Of a DNA stretch of 64,000 bases, positions 18,232 through 28,118 are shown piece after piece (within the stretch, counting starts at the first letter, position 1; every line of letters begins with the position of its first letter). This DNA is from Promethearchaeota archaeon. GTDB taxonomy: Archaea; Asgardarchaeota; Lokiarchaeia; Sigyniarchaeales; SOKP01. The position numbers were made by a program, and so were the translations under genes. Location of the stretch: contig JAEOTR010000057.1 in assembly GCA_016839705.1 (NCBI GenBank), forward strand, positions 1 to 64,000. Direction: 5' to 3'. Under the pieces are notes generated by a model, which saw only the letters and a program-made list of their open reading frames with translations, had not been told where the DNA came from and searched no databases.

Positions 18232-18960
18232 TTACTCTCTTTTTGTTTGAGTCAACTTTTTCATGCTGATACGCTCTGTTCGTCTAATTTCCGATTTTCG
18301 AGACCGTTTGACATCAATTTCCACAATATCAAATTGATCATCAGGTATTTCCTTGTCTTCCCCGCCGGGAGGTATTGATACGAGTTTACTTTTAACTATA
18401 ACACAATTAGATAATGGATATATGGTTTTGGCAACTCTTTGAATCTGATTTTGGAACTCAGAGAAAATAATACCAGCAATAAATTTCTCATGATTTAAAG
18501 ATTGAGCAAATTCTTTTAAGATCTCTCTCATAATTTTCCGAATTAAAACAATTTGAGAATTTCTTGCTCTTTTCAAAGTAGTACAAATTGTTGTTAATCG
18601 AAAAACATACCCATCTTTTGTAGTTAGATTTAAAATGGTTTGTATTTTTGAGCTTCCTCTCCCTATTAAAGATCTTATAAAGTCGGTTGTATATTGGTGA
18701 CCCACAAAAATTGTATTAGTTTTTCTTGCTTCTTGATTTAGATTAACGATTCGAAATTTTAATTTCAAACTAATATCTGAATACTTGTTGGTGAAATCAA
18801 ATAATAAAGTCTCAAGAGTTCGTCCTACAATGTTACTTTCCAAACCGGATATTTCCCCTATTGGCTTGAAGTCAAAAATTTTAGGTGTAATTACCTCATA
18901 CCAATCTTTATCTTTAAAAGAAACTTTTTTTCCTTTTAATTTCTTTTTTCTCGAACTCAC
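18232..18960 (-). CDS. rps3ae: 30S ribosomal protein S3Ae (eS1)
   Basis: KDWYEVITP, GRTLE, TKDGY and KTIYPL motifs. Confidence 0.95.
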   Translation of the reverse strand: MSSRKKKLKGKKVSFKDKDWYEVITPKIFDFKPIGEISGLESNIVGRTLETLLFDFTNKYSDISLKLKFRIVNLNQEARKTNTIFVGHQYTTDFIRSLIGRGSSKIQTILNLTTKDGYVFRLTTICTTLKRARNSQIVLIRKIMREILKEFAQSLNHEKFIAGIIFSEFQNQIQRVAKTIYPLSNCVIVKSKLVSIPPGGEDKEIPDDQFDIVEIDVKRSRKSEIRRTERISMKKLTQTKRE

Positions 18961-18973
18961 TTCCTTTCCTCCC

Positions 18974-19432
18974 TTATCTTGCTACCAAAGTTCTTATAGT
19001 TTCTGGCGAATATTTAAAATCTGGGGCTAACTTCCCCTTTTTTTTATAATACTTTATTAATCGGTATATTTTCGACTCTGTTCGATTAAGGCCTTTTTTT
19101 GCTTCTAAATCTTTATGATTAGCTTCAAGGTGTTTTCTAACGTTTAAGGCTTTTCTTACCAAACTAGCAAGATCTTCTGGAAGAGGTGGTTTTATATCAT
19201 GCTCTTCAAGAATTTGACTAACCTTTTTACCTGCTACAATTTTAACTAGGGGTACTCCTTGAGAATCCCTCATTATAGTACCAATCATTGATTTCGAATG
19301 TCCTCTCCTTGCTAGCTTGACCACCTCATTCTCAACTGCATCAGGAGGTAATTCAACCCAAACTGGTTTTTCAAGACGTGCAGGACGTGTACTAGCAGCC
19401 TTTCCTTTCTTACGAGAGTGCATACGAGCCAT
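18974..19432 (-). CDS. rps15: 30S ribosomal protein S15 (uS15/S13e)
   Basis: MARMHSRKKG, LPEDL and ESKIYRLIKYYK motifs. Confidence 0.97.
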   Translation of the reverse strand: MARMHSRKKGKAASTRPARLEKPVWVELPPDAVENEVVKLARRGHSKSMIGTIMRDSQGVPLVKIVAGKKVSQILEEHDIKPPLPEDLASLVRKALNVRKHLEANHKDLEAKKGLNRTESKIYRLIKYYKKKGKLAPDFKYSPETIRTLVAR

Positions 19433-19649
19433 TATTCGTTCATCTGTTTTATTGCTTTAGTGAATAGTAAAATAATAGTATACCATTAATAAAGAAATAT
19501 ACAAAATAAAGTTTTTGATAAAGATTAGGAATTTAATTACTTATAATCATCGGAAACGTATAATAAATCTCATTATGTAATTTAATCGGGATATCCTTCT
19601 ATTAAAATCCCTTTCTAAATTAAATAATAGCTAAAAGTATTAGGATATT

Positions 19650-20246
19650 ATGCTAATTATGAAAAAGGAAGAAAATTCAATTTATTTTGTTACAGGAAAT
19701 AAAAATAAGTTTAGTGAAGCTTTAGAAGTGTTTACTAAAGAAAGGGTGCCATATGATTTAAAACAGAAAGATATTGATACTATGGAAATCCAAGCAGAAA
19801 CCTTAAAAGACGTTGCCTTGTTTAAATTAAATAGTGTGAAACCTAAGATCACTAATTCATTTTTTATTGAAGATGCTGGTTTTTTTGTAGATATTCCGCT
19901 TAATGGATTTCCAGGAGTGTATTCCTCTTATGTACTAAAAACTATAGGTAACGATGGAATTCTGAAATTAATTGATGAATATGAGGGATCAAAAGCTCAT
20001 TTTTCTGCAATCATCTCTCTTTATTTTAAACCACTTGATTCAATTATCTTTTTTGAGGGTTACATTTCAGGAAGAGTTTCAAGAGATATGAGAGGTGAAG
20101 GGGGTTTTGGTTTTGATCCTATTTTTATTCCTGATTCAATTCCAGACAAGACTTTTGCTGAGCTTTCTATTCATCGGAAAAACCGAATCTCTCATAGAGG
20201 CCAAGCAATAAAAAAATTAATTCTATTCTTGAAAAAAAATCATTAA
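19650..20246 (+). CDS. rdgB: Non-canonical purine NTP pyrophosphatase (HAM1/RdgB)
   Basis: TGNKNK, EDAG, GFPGVYS, GFGFDPIF and SHRG motifs. Confidence 0.95.
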   Translation: MLIMKKEENSIYFVTGNKNKFSEALEVFTKERVPYDLKQKDIDTMEIQAETLKDVALFKLNSVKPKITNSFFIEDAGFFVDIPLNGFPGVYSSYVLKTIGNDGILKLIDEYEGSKAHFSAIISLYFKPLDSIIFFEGYISGRVSRDMRGEGGFGFDPIFIPDSIPDKTFAELSIHRKNRISHRGQAIKKLILFLKKNH

Positions 20247-20263
20247 TAAGGGAAAGGAATATA

Positions 20264-23191
20264 TTAAAAAGTTTCCCGAAATGTGTCCATGATTGTTTGA
20301 CGACTCAATTTTATAAGTATCACATAAGTCCCTAAAAATCCAACTGAGACTGAAATCATAAAAACTCTAATTATAGCTTCAGTAGGTATTTTAAAAATCA
20401 TGGGCATTTCCATCATTAGCGACATGTTTACTTGAAGGAAAAAGGACGTAAAAGTCCCTATGATCACGCCCATAATTCCTGAGGAAAGCAGAATTATCAT
20501 GCTCTCTATTAAAAACATGGTTCTAACATTACGCGTCTTCAAACCCATTGAACGTAATATTCCAATTTCAAATTTTCTTTCTAGCATAATTGCATACATA
20601 CTACTCACTAAGCCAAAAATACTTATCATAATCGTGAAAGATAAAATAACTTCCATCAAAAAGCTTTGTCTTTGAGTCATCTGACTGATAAAACTTATTT
20701 TTGTTATTGCATCATCAACAATTATATCCTTTTCTTGGTAGGTTAACCGAATATTGTCTTTGGTTTCATCAATGCTTTCTTCAGAATTATCTATCAACTT
20801 TACAAAAGCCTTATCAACAATCATGTTCTGTTCTCCAGGATTTTTAACATTCATTAAACGCATATAGTTATCTAACGATACCATTACGCCTCCTCCATAC
20901 GCAGAGAGCTCATTGCTCCGGAAATTGAAAAATCCGGGGATACCTCCTGAAATTCCTACAACTCGAAATATTGTTACGTTACCGGGATCATTTTCAATTT
21001 GGGGATCATAGAATGTTAATCGGATAAATTGCCCTACATCATAGATACCAATTAAACTTGCAATAGATTTTGCAAGGATACAGGTATTATTTTGTGAAAA
21101 TAATTCGTTGAAAGCATAACTAGTACTACTTCGATCGCTACTCCAAATGATGAGGTCATTATTGATTACATTCACAAAATTTTCATCAACTCCTATAAAA
21201 CCTGCATCTACAACATCAAAATCCATCATATCACCTGCTGTGGTTCTAAATTTGGTTTCTTCTTGAGATGCATAGAATTGAAACATACTTATCAGCAAAT
21301 CTTCAGATTCTTCTCCCCCAAAACCTACTTGTCCTTCACTCACATCGAATGCAGCAGATAGAGTAGCTTGTAAGTCAAAAGTATTATGGAGTGTAATAGA
21401 TATTTTGTCTATTCTAGATGTACTTCTTAATTCTTCAATCATTTCTAAATTTAGAGCGTTATCTTCATTTTCCAAGGCTTGATTTATTAATACTAAATCT
21501 GAACCATATTGTGTCTTTATACTTAATGACATTGTCTCTGATTGCATCTTTGAGGTGCTTGTAATAAAGAAGATAAATGAAAAACTAATTGCAAACATGA
21601 TTACTGTACTTGTATTACGCCTTCTGTATCTTTTCAATGAGATTCCTATAATATTTCGATATTTTTTAATTGTAGGAGATATTATTCCCAGAAAGAATTT
21701 TTGAATCAACGGTACAATTCCAATGGATGTAAAGACTAAGCCAATTAATACAGCAGCGAGTAAACCTATGAATAGTCCCATTGTTAAAATGAAATCGCCT
21801 GATACAAAAATATTGGGAAGTAAAACAAATACTATTATTCCAATTGTAGCAATGGCAATTCCTACAAGAAAACTTTTTATATTCATACTACCTTCTTTTT
21901 TAATTTCCCACGCTTCTTCTTTAGATTGAAAAGGAGTGATAGATTTTATTAACTCTTTCTTAGCTGTTTTTAGAGCTGGAAGCAAGGCTACTACTAAAGA
22001 GACTATTGTGCCTATTGTAAATGTCAACAAAAGTGTCTGAGGTTTTATGACCCATTCTACATCAGAGAATCCAAATTGAAAATTATAAAGCTGAAATAAG
22101 CTTTGTGCGATTGGTATCATAAACACTGCTCCCAAAATCATTCCTATAACTGAACCTATTATACCCAAGAGTAATCCTTCAAATAACACGATTTTAACCG
22201 GATAAATTTTTTTACCTCCAACTACCCTTACCACACCAAATTCTCGAATTCGCTCTTCTGCTGAAGTAGATAGAATACTATTTATTAAAATTGCTGTTAT
22301 TAACATTGATAGGAGGGTAATAAACCAAAACATAATTGATACTGTCATCAACAAAAACTCTCCACCCTCGAGTTCCTCTAATTTTGGTAATGTTATACTA
22401 AATTCATTGATATTTAACCTATCTTGAATTCTAGTGCTAATTCTTCTGAGGGTGCGAGTAGTTGCTTGTAAATTGCTGGCATCATATACTAATTTTGGAT
22501 TGGAGATTGTTCCAACAATGAGATTAATTTCTCCTTCTCTTTGTAGAAAAGATTGTGCTTGATTTAAATTAACCAGAATTAAAGCATTTTCGAATTGCAT
22601 AAATTTCAAACCTTGATTGCAGATTTCAACAACAGTTAAATCCAAATTGTATGTTTGATAGTTTATACTAATAGTATCTCCTCGAGAAACGTTTAATATT
22701 TCTGCAACACTCCATAAGATAACACATTCACCATTATCGGGCTCATCATCATAAATTTCATTAGTTTCTTCACCTTTTTCGTTAACCACAATTAAATCTC
22801 CGATATTCCCATTATCAGCTTCTTTTTGAAAATCTATTCCATACATTTGAAGTGACCCACTTCTATTTATATTTTCAGATGTAGTTTTCACTAACATAAT
22901 TATACGTGGGAATAAGTCTTCTACACCTTCAATATCCTTCAACTCATTATTTAAAATGTCCTGATCATAAAAAGGATCAAATGTTAAATCTGTCTGAATT
23001 GTTTTACTAATCATAATATCAGTCGTTCCAGTTGTAGAGGTGACATATAATAAATAGTTATAATTAACTGTATCATTCAGCATACCAATTGAGGTTAGTA
23101 AAAATAATGAGATTGCAATTCCAGAGATTCCAAAAATTGCTTTGGCTTTATCACGTTTTAAATCAAGCCAAGAATGCTTGATAAATTGCAA
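20264..23191 (-). CDS. Double-length FtsX/MacB-type ABC permease
   Basis: Two FtsX motifs (ERIREFGVVRVVG; ERKFEIGILRSMG), each with a large extracytoplasmic domain. Confidence 0.9.
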   Translation of the reverse strand: MQFIKHSWLDLKRDKAKAIFGISGIAISLFLLTSIGMLNDTVNYNYLLYVTSTTGTTDIMISKTIQTDLTFDPFYDQDILNNELKDIEGVEDLFPRIIMLVKTTSENINRSGSLQMYGIDFQKEADNGNIGDLIVVNEKGEETNEIYDDEPDNGECVILWSVAEILNVSRGDTISINYQTYNLDLTVVEICNQGLKFMQFENALILVNLNQAQSFLQREGEINLIVGTISNPKLVYDASNLQATTRTLRRISTRIQDRLNINEFSITLPKLEELEGGEFLLMTVSIMFWFITLLSMLITAILINSILSTSAEERIREFGVVRVVGGKKIYPVKIVLFEGLLLGIIGSVIGMILGAVFMIPIAQSLFQLYNFQFGFSDVEWVIKPQTLLLTFTIGTIVSLVVALLPALKTAKKELIKSITPFQSKEEAWEIKKEGSMNIKSFLVGIAIATIGIIVFVLLPNIFVSGDFILTMGLFIGLLAAVLIGLVFTSIGIVPLIQKFFLGIISPTIKKYRNIIGISLKRYRRRNTSTVIMFAISFSFIFFITSTSKMQSETMSLSIKTQYGSDLVLINQALENEDNALNLEMIEELRSTSRIDKISITLHNTFDLQATLSAAFDVSEGQVGFGGEESEDLLISMFQFYASQEETKFRTTAGDMMDFDVVDAGFIGVDENFVNVINNDLIIWSSDRSSTSYAFNELFSQNNTCILAKSIASLIGIYDVGQFIRLTFYDPQIENDPGNVTIFRVVGISGGIPGFFNFRSNELSAYGGGVMVSLDNYMRLMNVKNPGEQNMIVDKAFVKLIDNSEESIDETKDNIRLTYQEKDIIVDDAITKISFISQMTQRQSFLMEVILSFTIMISIFGLVSSMYAIMLERKFEIGILRSMGLKTRNVRTMFLIESMIILLSSGIMGVIIGTFTSFFLQVNMSLMMEMPMIFKIPTEAIIRVFMISVSVGFLGTYVILIKLSRQTIMDTFRETF

Positions 23192-23283
23192 GTTGATCCT
23201 GTTTTTAAATCTATATAATACTGCTTTTATATCTATACTTATCTCCTCATAAATTCAATTTTTTTATTATTTTAAGACTCTTC

Positions 23284-26200
23284 TTACTCATTATCCAAAA
23301 TACTGAATTTTTTAATTCGCTTTTTGAATTTTCTTAAAAATATTCCTTTTTTAGCTAATAAATCTTGAATATCTTCTTTTTCTCTTCTAATTAATCTAAC
23401 CCCTCCACAAATTTTATTTTTACAATAATAATTCTCACTCGGTTCATCTTTAAAATAGGATCTTCCACAATTTTGACATATATAAGCAGCATATATTTGG
23501 TCACGTTCACATATTGGACATATAATATCAAAACTTTCTGATGAAAACCAAGATTTACAATATTTGCAATGAAGAGTTAATGGTCTTTTTATTTCTTCTT
23601 CTAATTTAATAAGCTCAATTCTTTTGATTATTTGATCTCTATCAATATCTTTTAACCTAATTTTTTCAGTTTGATATTCTCTTATTTTTTCGAATTTTAT
23701 TTTACCCTTTTTCTCCATATAAATATAGATAAGAATACCAAAAACAATCGCAGATATAATCAAAATAATATAAGGTCCCCACAAACTCCACCATTTCATG
23801 TTATTCACTCGGACTATAATGATTTCTTCATCTAAATTACCCGTTTTATCATACACTACAATTTTTACTTCGTAAATTCCATCATTATATCTATTAGTAA
23901 CCCATTTATACTCTAAGACATTAGTACTGCTATTGTATGATATACTGGCACTTTCAACACTCCTATCATTTAGGAAAATATGCAGTTTAGTCTCATCAAC
24001 TTCGATATTATCTGAAATAATTGCTTCAATTGTAATAATAGAATTTAAAACAGTATCATTTTTTGGATTAATTATTTCAATCTCAGGAGGTATAAAATCT
24101 GTAGATTCATCATAACCTATATGAATATTAGATAATAACCATCCATAACCTAATCCTAACTCAATATTATTAGAATTTAAAGTAAACATAATCATTACTA
24201 TTTCGTCAGCAAATTGTGTTATCTCGATTTTTTCTGCCCCAAAGAGTGTTTCTGTTTCATAAGTATATTCCTTCAATGTTATCCAAGAATCCCCATAATC
24301 TTTTGATATTGAAACGATACACTTGTCTAATTGATCTTCAGGTTGAAAGAATTCATTTTGTAATGAAATGTCATAATCAAATTCAAGATATATATTATAT
24401 TCACCCTCTAAATGTAGAGGTTTAGTTATTAAATTAGCATCCCAGTTCGTTCCATATCCCTGATTAGTCCCCCCATAACTTTGACCTCTCCCACAATAAA
24501 GGTGTTTCTGTTCTAAACGATCAAATGGATGCCAGGTATTATCACCCATAAACCAGCATGTGAATTCTTTTGGTACTGGGGTTCCGGTAATATAATAATC
24601 CAATAAATTACTATTTGAAAAAGTATAGCCGATGTTCTTATTATCTTTGAAAATGTTATAATTTAAAGGATTTAGGTCTATAAATTCAATAAGTGAATTG
24701 TTTTTGTTATACCATTGAGAGGAAGTTATAAATTTACCATCTGACACATGAAATCTAAATGATTTGTTTGATATTTCCCCGATAATCAAGGATCTTGTAA
24801 AATATATACCCCAATCTCCCAGATTGAATGAGCTAGCATTCCAATCACCAAAAATATTATACATTGTGAAGTTATTACCACCTATCTCTAAATATACAAA
24901 ATCAGGATAATTATTATCTAGATCAAAATATTCACAGGAAAATTGAAAACGATAAAATTGAGATTCTTGAGTAATTGGTAACCCCTGTTGTAGATTGAAC
25001 GCAATTTCTGGTGAAAAAAAGTTAGTTTTATATTCAATGGCAAAGTAATCGAAGACAAATCCCTTGTAATTTATGGTGTCAAAAGTGTCATCTATAGATG
25101 TTTCAAATTTAAATTGGATAAAATATCCAACATAATCTGAAAGGTTAACCTCTTCCATAAACCATTCTCTTTCTTGATTTGTGTATGTTCTTATTGTTTG
25201 CCAGCCTGTCCAATTTAGATTAATTTGCAAGTAGATAAAATCACCAGAGTTAACACTAACTCTAAGCCCTAGCTTCGCATATGGTTGTTTAAACATATTA
25301 TTATCAACTTGAGTTAAATTATATAAAGGGCTTATTAATGTGCCATTAGGGTATGGGTCTTCTGTTAATTTAATCGGTTGATAAGTATAGTTTACAGGAT
25401 AATTATGATAAGTTCCAAAATATAATGATTCCCATGAGTTTTGATAAATTCGCGATCTATTATCGATATCATTTAACTGTTGTAACACGTTCCATCCGGT
25501 TCCAGTATGTGTCCAATTGCCAATTCCATCATTAAAACTGTGCGATGAAGGGAATTGAACACTATCTGTGGGAAATTCGATTGTTACATTCAAAAATCCT
25601 ACTTCTGGAAACCGTGATATAAATTTACCATCACTAGCAATAAAAAAGTATTGAAAAACCCCCGTTGTTGAAAACTGAATATAATCACTCACAAATAATG
25701 CCCCATCTGTAAAAATGTTATCAGGAGGAAAAAATTGGGTGAGTGTATAGTTCTCTGATAATCCCTCTATTGAAACATACACTTCTTGAGGAGGAACGTT
25801 TGTACTATCATTATCAAAATATTCAATATAAAATCTATAGCTATCAATGCTGTAATTCTTTTTTGGGCTATTTCCTAAAAATTCTTGAAAGCTCAGTATT
25901 GTAGTATTTTTTGAATCTCCTATATAGTTAATCTCGGGCACTGTTAAAATTGGTTTAAATATATTTTCAACAGTAGAAACGTTTAGGGAAAAAGGACTAC
26001 TTCCATCTATAGCTTTGACAACAATAATGCAATTAGTTTGATTTTCCTTGGGTGTAAAGTAAAAATAATCGAGATCACCATAAAATCTCCTTGAAGTCTC
26101 TAATAAGATCGGTTCTCCATATTGATTTGATATATTAGAAAATAAGAACATATCAAAATCAGCATTAGTATCTGAAATTGATAAATTAAACAAATATTGA

Positions 26201-28107
26201 TTGCCTTTATTCAATTTTACTTGTCGAGCAAATACATGAGGAGCTAATGGATTATCTTGAGAACTTACTAAGCTCTCGTTTGTTGTTGTATTTAGTGTTA
26301 TTGATTTTGTCAAAGCATCGATTGCACCTTGAATGTTTAAACGCCCATATCCCTCATGGGTGTCCTTTAATCCGGTAATTAAGGGTGAAGTCGAGATTGT
26401 TGGTGAATAATCACTCTCATCTTCTGTTGTTGAGGGATCATCTTCTCTTTCAAGATTAGTTTCTGAAGCTGTCATAAGTAGGATTGCTTTTATATACTTG
26501 ACCCAGTTAGTAAGGTTTAAGGCCTCCCATTGATTCCAATTTTCCCATCTAGCCTCAATTAACAAATTTATTACCGCGGAAACTATTGCAGTTGAAATTG
26601 ATGTTCCGTAACCACTAGAAAGAGTATTAGATTCTTTACCTGCCGAAATTATTGTTCTATGTTGATCTATTTTACTCCCACCGGGAGCAACAATATCTGG
26701 TTTAATAATGTCACCGAAATTATCTCCCATACTACTGTAGGATGTGACCTGATCTTCATCATTAGTTGCGCCTACAACTATCGCATTTTTATTTTTAGCT
26801 AACTTATTTAAAGATATTGAAGTTTCAATACCAGAATTCCCTGCAGCAATCACAACTACTACACCACTTTCTATTACCTCATTTATTACTTTATTAACAG
26901 CTTCTACGTCTTCACCTAAAGTGCCTACGCTTAAACAGGTACTAACTATATGATATTTACTTCTATTTTCTTTAACGCTTGCTAGCGCCGAGATTAAATC
27001 AGATGATTGTCCTAAACCTGATTGGTTTAATATTTTATAAGCTACCAGCTTTGAGGCGTTTGCTATTCCTGTAAAATCATTGCTCTCTCCGAAATAAAGT
27101 TCAGGAACATAAGTGATCGTAGAATTAAAAGAGAATAATGGAATAGTTTGAAGCTTTTTATGATATTTAACATACAAATCATAAATTCCAAGGTTTTCTT
27201 GTGAAAGTGTGTGGTCTATAACATAAAAATCATGAGGATTCTCATTATAAGAATAACTTATTAAAATATTATTGAGATATAACTCAAACCAAAATGCATC
27301 TATTTCACCACTTTCCCAATTTGCAGAAGAATTTATATGGATGGAGGATCCTGGAATTGTAGCATTAAAAGAAAATACTTTTGAACTAAAATTTTTCGAA
27401 GGAGAATATTCTTCAAATAAATCCATGTGTGAATAGTTTCCATGAATTTTTACCATTATACTTTGATTTACACTCGTTCCAGTTCCGGAAACAACTGAAG
27501 ATAGTAATGTACCATGACCATTTTCATCAGAAATAGGGGAACTATCAACAAAATTTTCCCAACCAACAATGTCTCCACTCAGATCTATAGGATTATAACC
27601 ATTTGGAAAACTCTCATGATTTGGATTAATTCCTGTATCCAATATTGCCACAGAACAATTCGTATCTCCTTTATACCCGTTTAGCAACCATGTTGAATTA
27701 ATTGCTCCTGTCTGAATTGAAGCATAATTCATTTGAATTTCCAGTAGCTCGTTATTTTCTATTTGAGCATTAGGAAATTCATATTGAAATAAAGTAATAT
27801 TATCCTCTAGAGGCATTATCCCTGTAAATCCTGAAAACGAAGTAAATACATTATTCCATTCTTCATTAACCACCCCTCCATAATATTGGAATCTTAAAAT
27901 AACAGAACTGTGGTAAGAGGATTCATTAAAGAAAATGATAAGATTTTCATTATAATTTTTTGAAGATATTATCCCCTCCTTATAATTTTCAAATCTCACA
28001 TCGTTAAATGGTGAAAAGGAGGAATTAATAAGAGAAGAATTAAACCATACCTGAATTAATAGTAACATGAAAAGAATGGAAAATCCTTTTATTTTCTTTT
28101 TCATCAT
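23284..28107 (-). CDS. Membrane-anchored S8 subtilase with repeated extracellular modules and cytoplasmic Cys-rich tail
   Basis: Signal peptide; AILDTGI, NGHGT, AAGNSG, KPDIVAPG and GTS motifs; Ig-like and MAM-like repeats; TM; CKYC/CPIC/CQNC/CKNKIC tail. Confidence 0.88.
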   Translation of the reverse strand: MMKKKIKGFSILFMLLLIQVWFNSSLINSSFSPFNDVRFENYKEGIISSKNYNENLIIFFNESSYHSSVILRFQYYGGVVNEEWNNVFTSFSGFTGIMPLEDNITLFQYEFPNAQIENNELLEIQMNYASIQTGAINSTWLLNGYKGDTNCSVAILDTGINPNHESFPNGYNPIDLSGDIVGWENFVDSSPISDENGHGTLLSSVVSGTGTSVNQSIMVKIHGNYSHMDLFEEYSPSKNFSSKVFSFNATIPGSSIHINSSANWESGEIDAFWFELYLNNILISYSYNENPHDFYVIDHTLSQENLGIYDLYVKYHKKLQTIPLFSFNSTITYVPELYFGESNDFTGIANASKLVAYKILNQSGLGQSSDLISALASVKENRSKYHIVSTCLSVGTLGEDVEAVNKVINEVIESGVVVVIAAGNSGIETSISLNKLAKNKNAIVVGATNDEDQVTSYSSMGDNFGDIIKPDIVAPGGSKIDQHRTIISAGKESNTLSSGYGTSISTAIVSAVINLLIEARWENWNQWEALNLTNWVKYIKAILLMTASETNLEREDDPSTTEDESDYSPTISTSPLITGLKDTHEGYGRLNIQGAIDALTKSITLNTTTNESLVSSQDNPLAPHVFARQVKLNKGNQYLFNLSISDTNADFDMFLFSNISNQYGEPILLETSRRFYGDLDYFYFTPKENQTNCIIVVKAIDGSSPFSLNVSTVENIFKPILTVPEINYIGDSKNTTILSFQEFLGNSPKKNYSIDSYRFYIEYFDNDSTNVPPQEVYVSIEGLSENYTLTQFFPPDNIFTDGALFVSDYIQFSTTGVFQYFFIASDGKFISRFPEVGFLNVTIEFPTDSVQFPSSHSFNDGIGNWTHTGTGWNVLQQLNDIDNRSRIYQNSWESLYFGTYHNYPVNYTYQPIKLTEDPYPNGTLISPLYNLTQVDNNMFKQPYAKLGLRVSVNSGDFIYLQINLNWTGWQTIRTYTNQEREWFMEEVNLSDYVGYFIQFKFETSIDDTFDTINYKGFVFDYFAIEYKTNFFSPEIAFNLQQGLPITQESQFYRFQFSCEYFDLDNNYPDFVYLEIGGNNFTMYNIFGDWNASSFNLGDWGIYFTRSLIIGEISNKSFRFHVSDGKFITSSQWYNKNNSLIEFIDLNPLNYNIFKDNKNIGYTFSNSNLLDYYITGTPVPKEFTCWFMGDNTWHPFDRLEQKHLYCGRGQSYGGTNQGYGTNWDANLITKPLHLEGEYNIYLEFDYDISLQNEFFQPEDQLDKCIVSISKDYGDSWITLKEYTYETETLFGAEKIEITQFADEIVMIMFTLNSNNIELGLGYGWLLSNIHIGYDESTDFIPPEIEIINPKNDTVLNSIITIEAIISDNIEVDETKLHIFLNDRSVESASISYNSSTNVLEYKWVTNRYNDGIYEVKIVVYDKTGNLDEEIIIVRVNNMKWWSLWGPYIILIISAIVFGILIYIYMEKKGKIKFEKIREYQTEKIRLKDIDRDQIIKRIELIKLEEEIKRPLTLHCKYCKSWFSSESFDIICPICERDQIYAAYICQNCGRSYFKDEPSENYYCKNKICGGVRLIRREKEDIQDLLAKKGIFLRKFKKRIKKFSILDNE

Positions 28108-28118
28108 CCTATTTACCT

